A stretch of 64,000 nt of DNA, from positions 1 through 64,000 of IMG/VR virus record IMGVR_UViG_3300030098_002339. One strand, written 5' to 3'. Position 1 is the first letter of the stretch. Each line of letters starts with the position of its first letter. The position numbers were made by a program, and so were the translations under genes. This DNA comes from a virus. Below, piece by piece: positions 20,401 to 28,859 of the stretch. The notes below the pieces were generated by a model. The model saw nothing but the letters and a program-made list of their open reading frames with translations. It did not search any database and had not been told where the DNA came from.

Positions 20401-20710
20401 ATTAACTAATAAACAATACTTAACTACTAAGTGGAGTCCTAACATCACTAAAAAAGATGATGAAGCTATTGAAAAAGGTTTAAAAATAGGTGGTCATGTT
20501 GGAAGAAGATTCTTACCAATTTGGTTACAAACGGCATCACAATCAGTTGCTGAAGGTTTAGAACGAGATGGTTTAAGTGTTGATCTTGCTTCTGATATAG
20601 CAGTTGATTTTGTACTAGGACAAAGTGGTCATCCTAGATATCAAGGACCACGATATACACAATATAAAACGAAAGGGTTAGTAAGGTCACCTTACGAAAC
20701 GTTATTCTAA
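17489..20710 (+). CDS. large internal virion (ejection) protein
   Basis: 1073 aa helical protein with G/A-rich hydrophobic segments; last gene of the ejection block. Confidence 0.7.
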   Translation: MANDFNINEFKLRDPVRSIPDGLKEPIKDKTPGFFQSLRSPYDLWLEESLPASLYQWMTGNTKKKQAQEALEYIRNNPQDKESRIYKEAERKLNRFGYLLDDGPMHVDFKEVGNMIKSNPKLFGAELVNMIMADPWLLFMPLGWGRLGRGVVNGIRLKRAKGLTLSKVSRDRAKVMSDLKVGTAATLGVPFAFSTTWQLGEKAEVDPKRTTVETTIGATAGAIFSVGFAGAGELARRMTRIPRIRANQAVQKVLEKHKLTPEKLVDFNEQGIYRSVDDLINEIRKQQRIISDPKKFEVIKADITAALRTLNENGKDMAFNTALKRGASIGAIFGTAQFLTADDDKLLATAKGFGVGAAIYTGARLFGKQLKKAPKEFDEAALSGEAALDAMKMSTVKLNSAAQELSNTIKRSIPDAIDSRRRIFYYLTKAKVHPKTFKYNPKFKPIAANSLTKAELNGAKSIEKVFNEYYKIFGDEGRLVFNKRANYLPLLWNEYNPKYQPFRFIKDFDSPVVTGPSAKFQFAKRGMFGDINHGLQRNYTIRKGMDDPAELVRIYGFAAGKALATRSLITNLERTSINQRPLLIRNNIKKTFDEQNYTEFKHPYFADQGETALIHKGMVNSLRMVFDAADEGAFMGALFTTNLMMKRLAVGFSFFHAGALVESLWFAGAKWNNIKKILDPRAKPEILSSIRDPKAYIKDYDHAITQLRTHGYEDVVRFGQGSGLQISIPEDVGFDRFYYNIRGVDTFLKRHFGISTGGKVEDVFRWFDRITWDRVFTAAKLHTFLTVLDQPTLMRAPNNLRLMPGDTQSVIYRKATQAAQFTNDAFGGQNWEQIANRIQTPTIKRMMQTTFAPGSRGYMQLLLFAPDWTISNVRIIAKSLPSFESDPALRRMYQYYFARAALTYAAAGSALNYIFSGHSILENTDPTRIDLGDGQVLTFSKQLMEPFHWITAPQSTGLKKIGSLPRTTIEVLTNKQYLTTKWSPNITKKDDEAIEKGLKIGGHVGRRFLPIWLQTASQSVAEGLERDGLSVDLASDIAVDFVLGQSGHPRYQGPRYTQYKTKGLVRSPYETLF

Positions 20711-20904
20711 TGAGTAGACATACAGAAAACAAAGAAGAAATCTTAAAAATACATGGTGAAATAGCTGTAATTAAAACATTATTAAGTAATCACGTTGAAC
20801 ATTTATCTTCAAAGATTAACACAATATATAAAATTATATGGGCAGTAAGTTTTATGGCTTTGGGTAACCTTATGTGGGTAGTCAAGTCTTTACTTGTCCA
20901 GTAA
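20710..20904 (+). CDS. small protein with C-terminal TM helix
   Basis: NHVEHL motif then hydrophobic IIWAVSFMALGNLMWVV. Confidence 0.7.
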   Translation: MSRHTENKEEILKIHGEIAVIKTLLSNHVEHLSSKINTIYKIIWAVSFMALGNLMWVVKSLLVQ

Positions 20905-21116
20905 TGAAATTTTTACTTACTATGCAAATTTGTTCCCTAATGAGCGGGGAATGTAGTCAAGCCATGCAAAGAGCAATGCCTCTTAATTCATTTCATGAAT
21001 GTATTATGGCAGGACATTTGAATAGTATGGATGTATACCAAAAATTAGGTCCAGAATATACTAATAACGATAAAACGTTTATTAAATTTTGGTGTACAGA
21101 ATCTAAGACTATATAA
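20904..21116 (+). CDS. small Cys-containing phage protein
   Basis: TAATG-coupled start MKFLLTMQICS...C...C...KFWC. Confidence 0.7.
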   Translation: MKFLLTMQICSLMSGECSQAMQRAMPLNSFHECIMAGHLNSMDVYQKLGPEYTNNDKTFIKFWCTESKTI

Positions 21117-21133
21117 AGTTGTACCTTAAAGAC

Positions 21134-21162
21134 TAGACGAGTACAACGAAAAATTGTATAAG
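21134..21162 (+). promoter_or_regulatory. putative sigma70-type promoter, near-leaderless
   Basis: TAGACG-17nt-TATAAG, ATG 7 nt later, no SD. Confidence 0.5.
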
Positions 21163-21169
21163 CAACTAT

Positions 21170-21874
21170 ATGCTTCGAAAATCAATACTTGTTATAGCAG
21201 ATCAACACGCACCATATCACCATCCAGATACTATTGACTTTCTGGATGCAATTAGAAGAAAATACAAACCTGATTGTATAGTGAATATAGGCGATGAGCT
21301 TGATTGGCATAGCATTTCATTTCATGACAAGCATCCTGGCTTATACGCAGCGAGTGATGAACTCAAAACTGCAAGACAATTTTTTAAGAAACTTCATAAG
21401 ATGTTTCCTAAAATGTATTTGCTAGACTCTAACCATGGTAGCTTAGTGTTTAGAAAAGCTACTAGACATGGATTACCACACGAAGTCTTTAAGACTTATA
21501 ACGAAATGTTAGGTGTTGGTCCTGGTTGGACTTGGCATGAAGATTTGATCTTGAAAGCATCAAATGGTCAAAAAATATACTTCTGTCATGGTAAATACAA
21601 AGACGTGCTAAAGGTAGCACAACAATATGGTATGTGTACTGTACAAGGACATTACCATACTGTGTTCAAAATAGATTACTGGAGTAATCCAAATGAATTA
21701 CTGTGGGGAATGCAGACTGGATGTTTAATAGACATGAAAAGTTTAGCTTTTGAATATAATAAATTACAAAAGTCTAGACCAGTTGTAGGATCCTCAGTCA
21801 TTATAGATGGAATACCCAAGTTAATCCCAATGGTATTAAAAGACAATGGCAGATGGAACAAAAAAATTACCTAG
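21170..21874 (+). CDS. calcineurin-like metallophosphoesterase
   Basis: DxH, GDxxD, SNH, HG and GHYH motifs in order. Confidence 0.9.
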   Translation: MLRKSILVIADQHAPYHHPDTIDFLDAIRRKYKPDCIVNIGDELDWHSISFHDKHPGLYAASDELKTARQFFKKLHKMFPKMYLLDSNHGSLVFRKATRHGLPHEVFKTYNEMLGVGPGWTWHEDLILKASNGQKIYFCHGKYKDVLKVAQQYGMCTVQGHYHTVFKIDYWSNPNELLWGMQTGCLIDMKSLAFEYNKLQKSRPVVGSSVIIDGIPKLIPMVLKDNGRWNKKIT

Positions 21875-22292
21875 AGGAATAAGAAATCACAATCCAGGCA
21901 ATATCAAATTAGGTACTGCATGGGATGGTCTCGCTGATGAACAATCAGACGAGGTTTTTTGTGTTTTTAAAGAACCTGTATGGGGTATTCGTGCTTTAAT
22001 GAGAATACTCTTAGTCTATCGTTTCTCACATAAGAAATATAATATAGAGGACATCATCGGAAGATGGGCTCCTCCAAGTGAGAATGATACTGACGCTTAT
22101 ATAAAATTTGTTTGTGAAAGAATGAATTTTAACCCAATGGATAAATTAGATAATAGCATTGAGCATTATCTACCATTAGTTAAATCTATAATAAAAATGG
22201 AGAATGGTGATCAACCATACTCTGATGAACTATTAGTAGAAGGAATGTATAAGGCATGGGATGGATTTCCGACAAATTCTTCGGCATCATAG
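21846..22292 (+). CDS. putative lysozyme-like cell-wall hydrolase
   Basis: RGIRNHNPGNI, RWAPPSENDT..Y and ENG motifs; near the holin gene. Confidence 0.7.
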   Translation: MADGTKKLPRGIRNHNPGNIKLGTAWDGLADEQSDEVFCVFKEPVWGIRALMRILLVYRFSHKKYNIEDIIGRWAPPSENDTDAYIKFVCERMNFNPMDKLDNSIEHYLPLVKSIIKMENGDQPYSDELLVEGMYKAWDGFPTNSSAS

Positions 22293-22432
22293 AAACCATA
22301 AGCAGCAAACTTAATGTTTGGGCATGGAATAAAAGATGGAATAAAAGGCATTACCTCCGATTTCAAGGTGGAGGAACAGGAAAGATATACACAGTCAAGA
22401 AATCCGATGGTTCAAATGTTACAAAAAAGTAA
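22256..22432 (+). CDS. 58-aa hypothetical protein (not in ORF track)
   Basis: MGWISDKFFGIIETISSKLNVWAWNKRW...; overlaps both neighbours. Confidence 0.5.
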   Translation: MGWISDKFFGIIETISSKLNVWAWNKRWNKRHYLRFQGGGTGKIYTVKKSDGSNVTKK

Positions 22433-22499
22433 ACACAAAATACATAAGCCTAAAAAAGGCAAAGGCAGTTATAGGAGAATAAAACATGGCATGGTTTAG
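22368..22499 (+). CDS. ArfA-like basic peptide (start uncertain: 22314, 22368 or 22407)
   Basis: RNPMVQML...KPKKGKGSYRRIKH resembles the ArfA KKGKGSY.R motif. Confidence 0.5.
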   Translation: MEEQERYTQSRNPMVQMLQKSKHKIHKPKKGKGSYRRIKHGMV

Positions 22500-22884
22500 T
22501 TTAGCAAAGATAGCATTACAAGCTGGCAGTAAGATATATTCAAATCGTCAAAAGACGAAGATGGCTATGTCTGATGCTCAATTAATGCACGCAGAAAAGA
22601 TGGCTCGAGGTGAAGAGGCTTACCAGGGCAAACTTTTAGAAGCAAGGCAAAATGATTATAAAGACGAATTTGTGCTGGTCATAATTTCGGCTCCGATTAT
22701 AGTGCTTATGTGGGCAGTATTATCAGACGATCCGACAGCAATGGAAAAGGTTAAACTCTTTTTTGAGTATTTCCATTCATTGCCAAAATGGTTCACAAAT
22801 TTATGGATTCTTGTCGTAGCAAGTATTTTTGGAATTAAGGGTACACAGATATTTAGAGGTAGTGGACCAACTTCTAAGAAGTAA
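22486..22884 (+). CDS. putative holin (3TM, GTA-release-like)
   Basis: aggag RBS; YKDEF then TM segments; P.W.......VVASIFGIK motif. Confidence 0.7.
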   Translation: MAWFSLAKIALQAGSKIYSNRQKTKMAMSDAQLMHAEKMARGEEAYQGKLLEARQNDYKDEFVLVIISAPIIVLMWAVLSDDPTAMEKVKLFFEYFHSLPKWFTNLWILVVASIFGIKGTQIFRGSGPTSKK

Positions 22885-23105
22885 TGGAAAAACCAGATTA
22901 TCAAGAAATTATTAACGAATACAAGGAACAAGTGCGTATGCTTAAAGAGCAAATAAACGAACTTGAAGATGCTTGTAAATTAAAAGACTCCTCTCTTAAA
23001 CGAACTTTACAAAAATTAGAGTTTGCAGCAGAGGATTTAAACAAAGCTAATAATGAACTTGATGAACTTAAAAAGAAAAAAAAAGAAAAAGTGCAAGACT
23101 TGTAA
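22884..23105 (+). CDS. coiled-coil hypothetical protein
   Basis: TAATG coupling; heptad pattern. Confidence 0.7.
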   Translation: MEKPDYQEIINEYKEQVRMLKEQINELEDACKLKDSSLKRTLQKLEFAAEDLNKANNELDELKKKKKEKVQDL

Positions 23106-23208
23106 ACGAACTATAGACTACCCTTATGTAGTTTATAAAGATTCTAAAGTACATTGTTTAAAATGTTACCATAATTCTGGAGCATCAATACCAATATTTC
23201 ATAAATGA
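23062..23208 (+). CDS. 48-aa zinc-ribbon peptide (not in ORF track)
   Basis: CKTC...CLKC; its stop overlaps the next ATG (ATGA). Confidence 0.6.
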   Translation: MNLKRKKKKKCKTCKRTIDYPYVVYKDSKVHCLKCYHNSGASIPIFHK

Positions 23209-23537
23209 AAATTAACGATAATACAAATATAAGTTTACCAATACGAAATTTAGTTGCTATAGTTGCTGCAGTAGCAGTTGGAGTATGGGCATATTTTGGT
23301 ATTGAAGAAAGATTAAATAAACTAGAAACAGCAGATACTCTCTTTCAAGCAGATCTTTTAAAAAAAGCAGAACAAGAGCCCAAAAATCTAGAAATTTTCA
23401 TGCTTATTGAACACCTTGCGGGTCAGATTGAATCTATTGAAAAAGAGATAGAAGCTAGTAGATATAACAAAGTTAATATAGATCACCTAAAAGAACAGGT
23501 TGATACTTTACAAAAAAAAATGAATGGAGCACACTAA
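23205..23537 (+). CDS. TM plus coiled-coil protein
   Basis: LVAIVAAVAVGVWAYF helix then heptads. Confidence 0.75.
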   Translation: MKINDNTNISLPIRNLVAIVAAVAVGVWAYFGIEERLNKLETADTLFQADLLKKAEQEPKNLEIFMLIEHLAGQIESIEKEIEASRYNKVNIDHLKEQVDTLQKKMNGAH

Positions 23538-23740
23538 TGGAAATGGTTATAGCTTTATTAATGTATTTAGGCGATCCACCAGTTTTAAAAGAACATTTAT
23601 TAATGCCAAATTTATCTGAATGTTTGGCACGTAAACGAGTTTCATTAAGATCAACTAACAATGCACAATTTCAATGTATGAAAGTAAATGCAGTTATTAA
23701 AGATGGAAAGATAATTAGTATTTCAAAAAGCGATGAATAA
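23537..23740 (+). CDS. small Cys-containing protein
   Basis: TAATG coupling; LSECL..KR...FQC. Confidence 0.7.
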   Translation: MEMVIALLMYLGDPPVLKEHLLMPNLSECLARKRVSLRSTNNAQFQCMKVNAVIKDGKIISISKSDE

Positions 23741-24326
23741 ATGTATAGAAAAATATATCATTCTTGTATTAACACTTATAATTATATTTACAGGTGTAGC
23801 TAATGCAGGATCTACACAAACTAACGTAAGCGGTTCTAATACTGCTATTGAAGGTGGTTATGAATCAAGCACAACTTATCAATCAGGAAGTAGCTCAAGT
23901 TCTACAACAACAAATTCAACAACTTCTAATATAAGATCATCTCCTCCAACAGCATCAGCTCCAGGAATGAACTCTACTGCTAACTGTGCTTTAGCACTCT
24001 CAGGCGGTGTTCAAACATTTGGTATAGGAGTAAGTGGTGGTAAAAGTTATAGAGATGAAACCTGTGAGATAATTAATTTATCGAAAACACTTTCTCAATT
24101 AAATATGAAAGTTGCTGCTATTGCAGTACTTTGTAGTGATAGAAGAGTTTTTGAAGCCATGATAGCTGCAGGAACACCATGTCCTGTAGAAGGTAAGATA
24201 GGTAAAGATGCTATGAAATTATTAGCTGACAAATATGATTACAAACAACCTACTTATGAAAAATATGTTCATTTTGAAAAGCGTAAAAAGAACAAAATTA
24301 AAATAGAAAAGATTAATAAGAAATGA
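23733..24326 (+). CDS. signal-peptide protein, Ser/Thr-rich with Cys-containing domain
   Basis: hydrophobic N-terminus ending in ANA; PPTASAP, KVAAIAVLC, AGTPCP. Confidence 0.75.
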   Translation: MNKCIEKYIILVLTLIIIFTGVANAGSTQTNVSGSNTAIEGGYESSTTYQSGSSSSSTTTNSTTSNIRSSPPTASAPGMNSTANCALALSGGVQTFGIGVSGGKSYRDETCEIINLSKTLSQLNMKVAAIAVLCSDRRVFEAMIAAGTPCPVEGKIGKDAMKLLADKYDYKQPTYEKYVHFEKRKKNKIKIEKINKK

Positions 24327-25750
24327 GATGGTTAATACTATTTACATTATTAACCTTCAATGTTGCAGCTGAAGAAATTACAACTGGCAACTTATTACCC
24401 AATGCAGGAGATTCTGCATCATCTGTACAAAGTGTAGATACTAACGTACCTAATGTAGCATCTAGCTGCAATGATTTTACTATTAATAATAGTCATTGTT
24501 TTAGTACTGAAATAGAAGTTACTGGTACAGGTACAGTTAAAAAGTCTGGATCTTTGGTGGGTATTACAACAAATTCTGATACAACTACTCAAGAAAAATT
24601 AGATAATGGTATTACTCTAAATAGTACTACTATTATTCAAAACTGTGAGTGGGCTAATTCCTCTTATGCTTGTGGCAATAGAGGATCTGGCAGAGATACA
24701 TTTAAAACTACAGTTAAAATTTTAGATGTTGATGGCAACACTCTTGCTTCTGTAGATCAAATAAGAAATACAGACGCAGGATACTATGCCAATGCACATA
24801 AATATACTGATCAAGTTATTTATAACAATGCAGGTTCCAATCAGTTTGACTGGACTTGGACTGGGATAGATGAACAATCTAATCCTGGAAATCTTGGTGG
24901 ACCTAATTTATTAGGAGCTTCTCTTACTATGACTTATGAGAATGTAGTACTAGAAGTAGCAACTTTAACTGCTCTTGAAGAAGTTAACGAAGCTGTATCC
25001 AATACTGAAATAGAACAATCTGTATCTGAAGTAGTTATAGAAGAAACTAAAACATTAGCTACACAAGTATCTAATATTCAAAAAGCTCCTATAACTAAAA
25101 CTGCGAAAGTAGTACAAGTACAACAAGCGGTTAAAAAATTTGAAGCTAAGACAGGAGCTAAAGTTGTTAAAGCTAGTACAACTAGCACAACAACTAATAC
25201 AGCACCAGCTGCTGCTCCTACTAAAGTAGCACAAGCTCCTAAAAAGGAGAAGAAAGCGACAACAATTGCTAAACAAATTATATCATCAACTGCTAAAAAG
25301 GAGACAATTAATGAAAAAAAAGAAAAACAAGAAGAAAAAAAATCAGAAGTTAAAGAAGAAAAACAAGAAGAAAAACAAGAAAAAAAGAAGATAGTATCTA
25401 AAACAACTTCATCTTCTAAGTCTAAAGTATCTACAATAGATGCTGCAATGGCTAAAGTAGATGAGGTTGTTAAAGACATAGCTAAAAATTTAGAGGTTAA
25501 AAACCTTGTTAAATTAGAAGCTATGAAAGGAGATATTTCTCTTGCTCTTTACACTAATACTGAATTTTATAAAAGCAGAGATATTTATTTAAACAATAAT
25601 ATGTTTGATAATAGAGAAATCTATAACAATATCAATTTAGTACAATATATAGAAAATGATCCCGTTGCTCAAAAAGAGAAGATCCTAAAAGATCTACGAT
25701 TAAGAGAACGGGAATTGTTATTTAAACTGGAGGCATTAAAAAATGGGTAA
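24323..25750 (+). CDS. signal-peptide protein with beta domain and K/E-rich linker
   Basis: MRWLILFTLLTFNVAA-EEITTGNLLPN. Confidence 0.75.
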   Translation: MRWLILFTLLTFNVAAEEITTGNLLPNAGDSASSVQSVDTNVPNVASSCNDFTINNSHCFSTEIEVTGTGTVKKSGSLVGITTNSDTTTQEKLDNGITLNSTTIIQNCEWANSSYACGNRGSGRDTFKTTVKILDVDGNTLASVDQIRNTDAGYYANAHKYTDQVIYNNAGSNQFDWTWTGIDEQSNPGNLGGPNLLGASLTMTYENVVLEVATLTALEEVNEAVSNTEIEQSVSEVVIEETKTLATQVSNIQKAPITKTAKVVQVQQAVKKFEAKTGAKVVKASTTSTTTNTAPAAAPTKVAQAPKKEKKATTIAKQIISSTAKKETINEKKEKQEEKKSEVKEEKQEEKQEKKKIVSKTTSSSKSKVSTIDAAMAKVDEVVKDIAKNLEVKNLVKLEAMKGDISLALYTNTEFYKSRDIYLNNNMFDNREIYNNINLVQYIENDPVAQKEKILKDLRLRERELLFKLEALKNG

Positions 25751-26015
25751 ACTTAAAGATCAACTGGCAGGAATAGCAGCTCTAGTAGCAGCTATCGTTG
25801 CTATAGGCGGTGGATTTATTAAATATGGTGAGATTACTACTAAGTTAGATAACTTATCTAATCAATCACCAGAACAAGCTGAAGAAGTAGCTGAAAACTC
25901 AGGCAACATTATTGATAATCAACAATCAATTAAAGTTTTACAAACTGAAATGGAACTGTTAAAAGTTCGAATGAAAGAATTACAACAAGAATCTAAAAAT
26001 CCACTTGGTGGATAA
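25743..26015 (+). CDS. TM plus coiled-coil protein
   Basis: ggagg RBS; LAGIAALVAAIVAIGGGF; C-terminal NPL. Confidence 0.75.
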   Translation: MGKLKDQLAGIAALVAAIVAIGGGFIKYGEITTKLDNLSNQSPEQAEEVAENSGNIIDNQQSIKVLQTEMELLKVRMKELQQESKNPLGG

Positions 26016-26134
26016 TGAAAAAGATTAAAGAATCTATTATAGAAATATTTGTTCTTATTTTATACTTCTCATTTTGTTTTCTAATATTGATTTTTATTGG
26101 AATCTTATGGTTAGTAGATAAACTAATTAAATAA
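26015..26134 (+). CDS. 39-aa hydrophobic peptide (not in ORF track)
   Basis: TAATG coupling; single TM helix. Confidence 0.5.
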   Translation: MKKIKESIIEIFVLILYFSFCFLILIFIGILWLVDKLIK

Positions 26135-26810
26135 TTATTTTAGACTTCTCTTTAGGTTCGTCTTTAGGAGCACCAAATACATTAAAACTAAATGATCTAC
26201 GTTCTCCTTTTGTTCTAAAAGGATAAACCATGTGGTACATCCACCATGGAAATATATAATAATCACCAACTTTAGGTCTAATTCTAACTGTATTTGTAGA
26301 AAATAAATGAACTTGTCCAAATTGCATTTCTATTCCACCAGCAGTAGGATAATGATCTTCATCTTCTTTCTTCCACTCTTCCTCTATACCTTCGGGTAAA
26401 GATAGATAACCCACACAAGACATGTGGCAATTAGTATGATAATGCAATGGATTAAAATCACCTGCAAAAGATCTAACATACCAACCTGATTTAAATATTA
26501 CCTTTTGAAGTTCTGCAGCATTATCAGGATGTGCTTCAATATAAGCAGTCATAAGTTTTTGAAAGTATGGAGCCCATTTTTCAAATACTTCAGGTGTAAT
26601 AATTAATTCTTGTTTGACATTACCAACTAAATCATCAGAGAAATCATGAATTTTACTTTTCTCTTTATCAGCAATAATGTTATCACAATCTTTATTAAAA
26701 TCATCTATAAGTTCTTGTGGTAATTTACAATGACCTATTGATGGACCAAATGGTCTATATATTTTAAGTTGTTTATTGTCCTTATTTAATTTACTAAAGT
26801 GCGTCCCCAT
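26127..26810 (-). CDS. 2OG-Fe(II) oxygenase (HxH type), early region
   Basis: FNPLHYH...IFP...HMVYPF...ERRSFSFN. Confidence 0.85.
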   Translation of the reverse strand: MGTHFSKLNKDNKQLKIYRPFGPSIGHCKLPQELIDDFNKDCDNIIADKEKSKIHDFSDDLVGNVKQELIITPEVFEKWAPYFQKLMTAYIEAHPDNAAELQKVIFKSGWYVRSFAGDFNPLHYHTNCHMSCVGYLSLPEGIEEEWKKEDEDHYPTAGGIEMQFGQVHLFSTNTVRIRPKVGDYYIFPWWMYHMVYPFRTKGERRSFSFNVFGAPKDEPKEKSKIII

Positions 26811-27042
26811 AATCCCTTTCCATTATCATTTCTAAATAGTGTATAGCTTTTTGTATATCTTTTTGTTTTCCCTTAACCGAATGCCTACAAATATACTTAA
26901 TAGCATTCCCTTCTGCAAAGGGTAATTTATTTTCATTAATAAATTCAGCAGGTTCTATCTTAAAAGATTTATAATGATTTCCATCTACTTGCTTATTAAG
27001 TGAATGATAGGTAACCCCTTTAAACATATCTTTATCTGTCAT
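26794..27042 (-). CDS. DUF3310-like protein (T7 gp1.7-related)
   Basis: QVDGNHY, GNAIKYICR, DIQKAIHYLE. Confidence 0.85.
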   Translation of the reverse strand: MTDKDMFKGVTYHSLNKQVDGNHYKSFKIEPAEFINENKLPFAEGNAIKYICRHSVKGKQKDIQKAIHYLEMIMERDYGDAL

Positions 27043-27044
27043 AT

Positions 27045-27398
27045 TTAAAATACCAATTTATATCTTTGTGCTTCTCTATTAGGTCTAGGTACATATTTCT
27101 TTTTATTAAGAATAGCCTGTTGTTCATAAGTTAATGAATACTTATCTTCTTTTAACAAAATTTCAACTTTATTTCTAGCTCTATATTCTTCATATCCAGC
27201 ATAATGAAATACTAAACGAAAGTCTTTAGAATCACTTTTTAACCAATCTATAGCACTCATTTTAGCATATATTCTTTCTTTTCTATTACCTAAATATTCA
27301 GCATCTAAAAGGGCTTGAACAATTACAGCAAACCACAATTTATTTTCCGCTGATGTCTCTTCCTTTGGTAACAATGGTACTGTCTGTAGAGTTTTCAT
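27045..27398 (-). CDS. hypothetical protein
   Basis: E.KLW.AVI.QAL.DA...A..W motif. Confidence 0.75.
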   Translation of the reverse strand: MKTLQTVPLLPKEETSAENKLWFAVIVQALLDAEYLGNRKERIYAKMSAIDWLKSDSKDFRLVFHYAGYEEYRARNKVEILLKEDKYSLTYEQQAILNKKKYVPRPNREAQRYKLVF

Positions 27399-27573
27399 CA
27401 GATTTAGTTACTTCATAAGTAGTTCTTCTATGTAACATTTGATCTCTATTCCAAACAAAATTATTTAAGTCTAAAGATCTAAACGTTTTAAGTGCTTCTT
27501 CATCATTAACTGCAGATAAATTAATTTCAGTATATTGAGGATCAAAAACCCAAATTTTAAATTTATAAATCAT
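27340..27573 (-). CDS. hypothetical protein
   Basis: ATGA-coupled within the minus-strand operon. Confidence 0.6.
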   Translation of the reverse strand: MIYKFKIWVFDPQYTEINLSAVNDEEALKTFRSLDLNNFVWNRDQMLHRRTTYEVTKSDENSTDSTIVTKGRDISGK

Positions 27574-27896
27574 ATATTATGTTTACGTCTACTTGCTTCT
27601 AAAGTTCTAAAAAGATCTATTACCATACCTTCTTTATCTCTTTTATTCTCAAGAGTATTTGCTTTAACTTCCGCATCATATATCTCTTGAACAGCTTTCT
27701 GATAATCATCTGATGCATAATATGCCTGTTCTTTGGCAGATATGCTCTTAAGATTACTTTCACCTGTGATAAAGAGAGCTTTCCTTCTCTTAAGAAGTCT
27801 ATCCAGGTATTTAACGTTTGCACTTGCTTCCGCACTCTGTTCGTCTGTTTGAGCAAGGTAGGCTAATGCCTTTTCCAATCTGTCTTCTGTTATCAT
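27570..27896 (-). CDS. helical protein, possibly a recombination mediator
   Basis: aggag RBS; coiled-coil pattern; near SSB and exonuclease genes. Confidence 0.6.
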   Translation of the reverse strand: MITEDRLEKALAYLAQTDEQSAEASANVKYLDRLLKRRKALFITGESNLKSISAKEQAYYASDDYQKAVQEIYDAEVKANTLENKRDKEGMVIDLFRTLEASRRKHNI

Positions 27897-28012
27897 ATTT
27901 TATTTCTCCTGTTCTTTTGAAATGAATATACGCTTTACGAACTTCTTTAGTTTTCTGCCAAGTCTCAAAATGGCATATTTCCAAGAAGAGTTTGAAAAGT
28001 TTGTAATCCATG

Positions 28013-28213
28013 TCATGGAACTAACTTTCCATCTCCTGTCTTACAATAACTTGCCCATACCTGATGACCATTATAATACACTCCGTCATCAGAACTTTTA
28101 GGACTTAACATTTCTACAAATTTATCGTTGCAAGTTTGAGTAGATAATAAAGTTACTGGTACTTTTGCTACTTCTCCGTTTGTTAAATGAAGTATCATTA
28201 ATATTGTTTTCAT
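28013..28213 (-). CDS. hypothetical protein
   Basis: agga RBS; two Cys. Confidence 0.6.
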   Translation of the reverse strand: MKTILMILHLTNGEVAKVPVTLLSTQTCNDKFVEMLSPKSSDDGVYYNGHQVWASYCKTGDGKLVP

Positions 28214-28249
28214 AATATATTCCTATATAATTGCTGATTTCCTACCACA

Positions 28250-28332
28250 GACTTGGCAGGGAATTTCACCCCGCCTAGTCATCCAATTGTCCTCATTTTT
28301 TTTATAGAAAGGGAGGAAACCATGAATTGGAT
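28250..28332 (-). other. tandem hairpins 3' of the SSB-like gene
   Basis: atccaatt/aattggat stem and gactaggcgggg/ccctgccaagtc stem. Confidence 0.55.
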
Positions 28333-28336
28333 TCTA

Positions 28337-28795
28337 TTAAAACGGAGCCTCGTCTCCGTCATATTGAGCATCTAATATCATTCTTACATATTTATCAATC
28401 TGATCAAAGTTTACTTCTTTGCCTGATTGTAAAGATGCTGATAATAAATTACTCATAGTTAATCTATATTTCTCTTTCCATTGTGATTGCTTATCTACAG
28501 GTTTTGATGCTGCAGGTGCTACACTTGGAATAGGTACAGAAGTCGCAACCTGTCCATCTAGCATTTCTACTGATTGAGCAGTTTGATACCACTTACCATT
28601 TTTAGATTGTCTTGGAGGTGCAGCAGTAATCTTAAGTCTAGATCCTTTAGACCAGCCTTCAGCTCCTACAGCTTCTCCATAAATAGTCATATCAGTTCCA
28701 TCATCTTTGGTAACGTAAATACTATATTTACCATTACCTTCTTTAGATGCGAATGCTTTTTTATGACTACATTCAAATGTTTCTACATTTTGCAT
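28337..28795 (-). CDS. putative single-stranded DNA-binding protein
   Basis: aggag RBS before MQNVETF; OB-like N-terminus; acidic C-terminal DGDEAPF. Confidence 0.65.
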   Translation of the reverse strand: MQNVETFECSHKKAFASKEGNGKYSIYVTKDDGTDMTIYGEAVGAEGWSKGSRLKITAAPPRQSKNGKWYQTAQSVEMLDGQVATSVPIPSVAPAASKPVDKQSQWKEKYRLTMSNLLSASLQSGKEVNFDQIDKYVRMILDAQYDGDEAPF

Positions 28796-28859
28796 TTTAT
28801 TTATTCTCCTATTTATATTTTTAACAATTGATCCAAATCGTTGCATGTTGATTTATACC

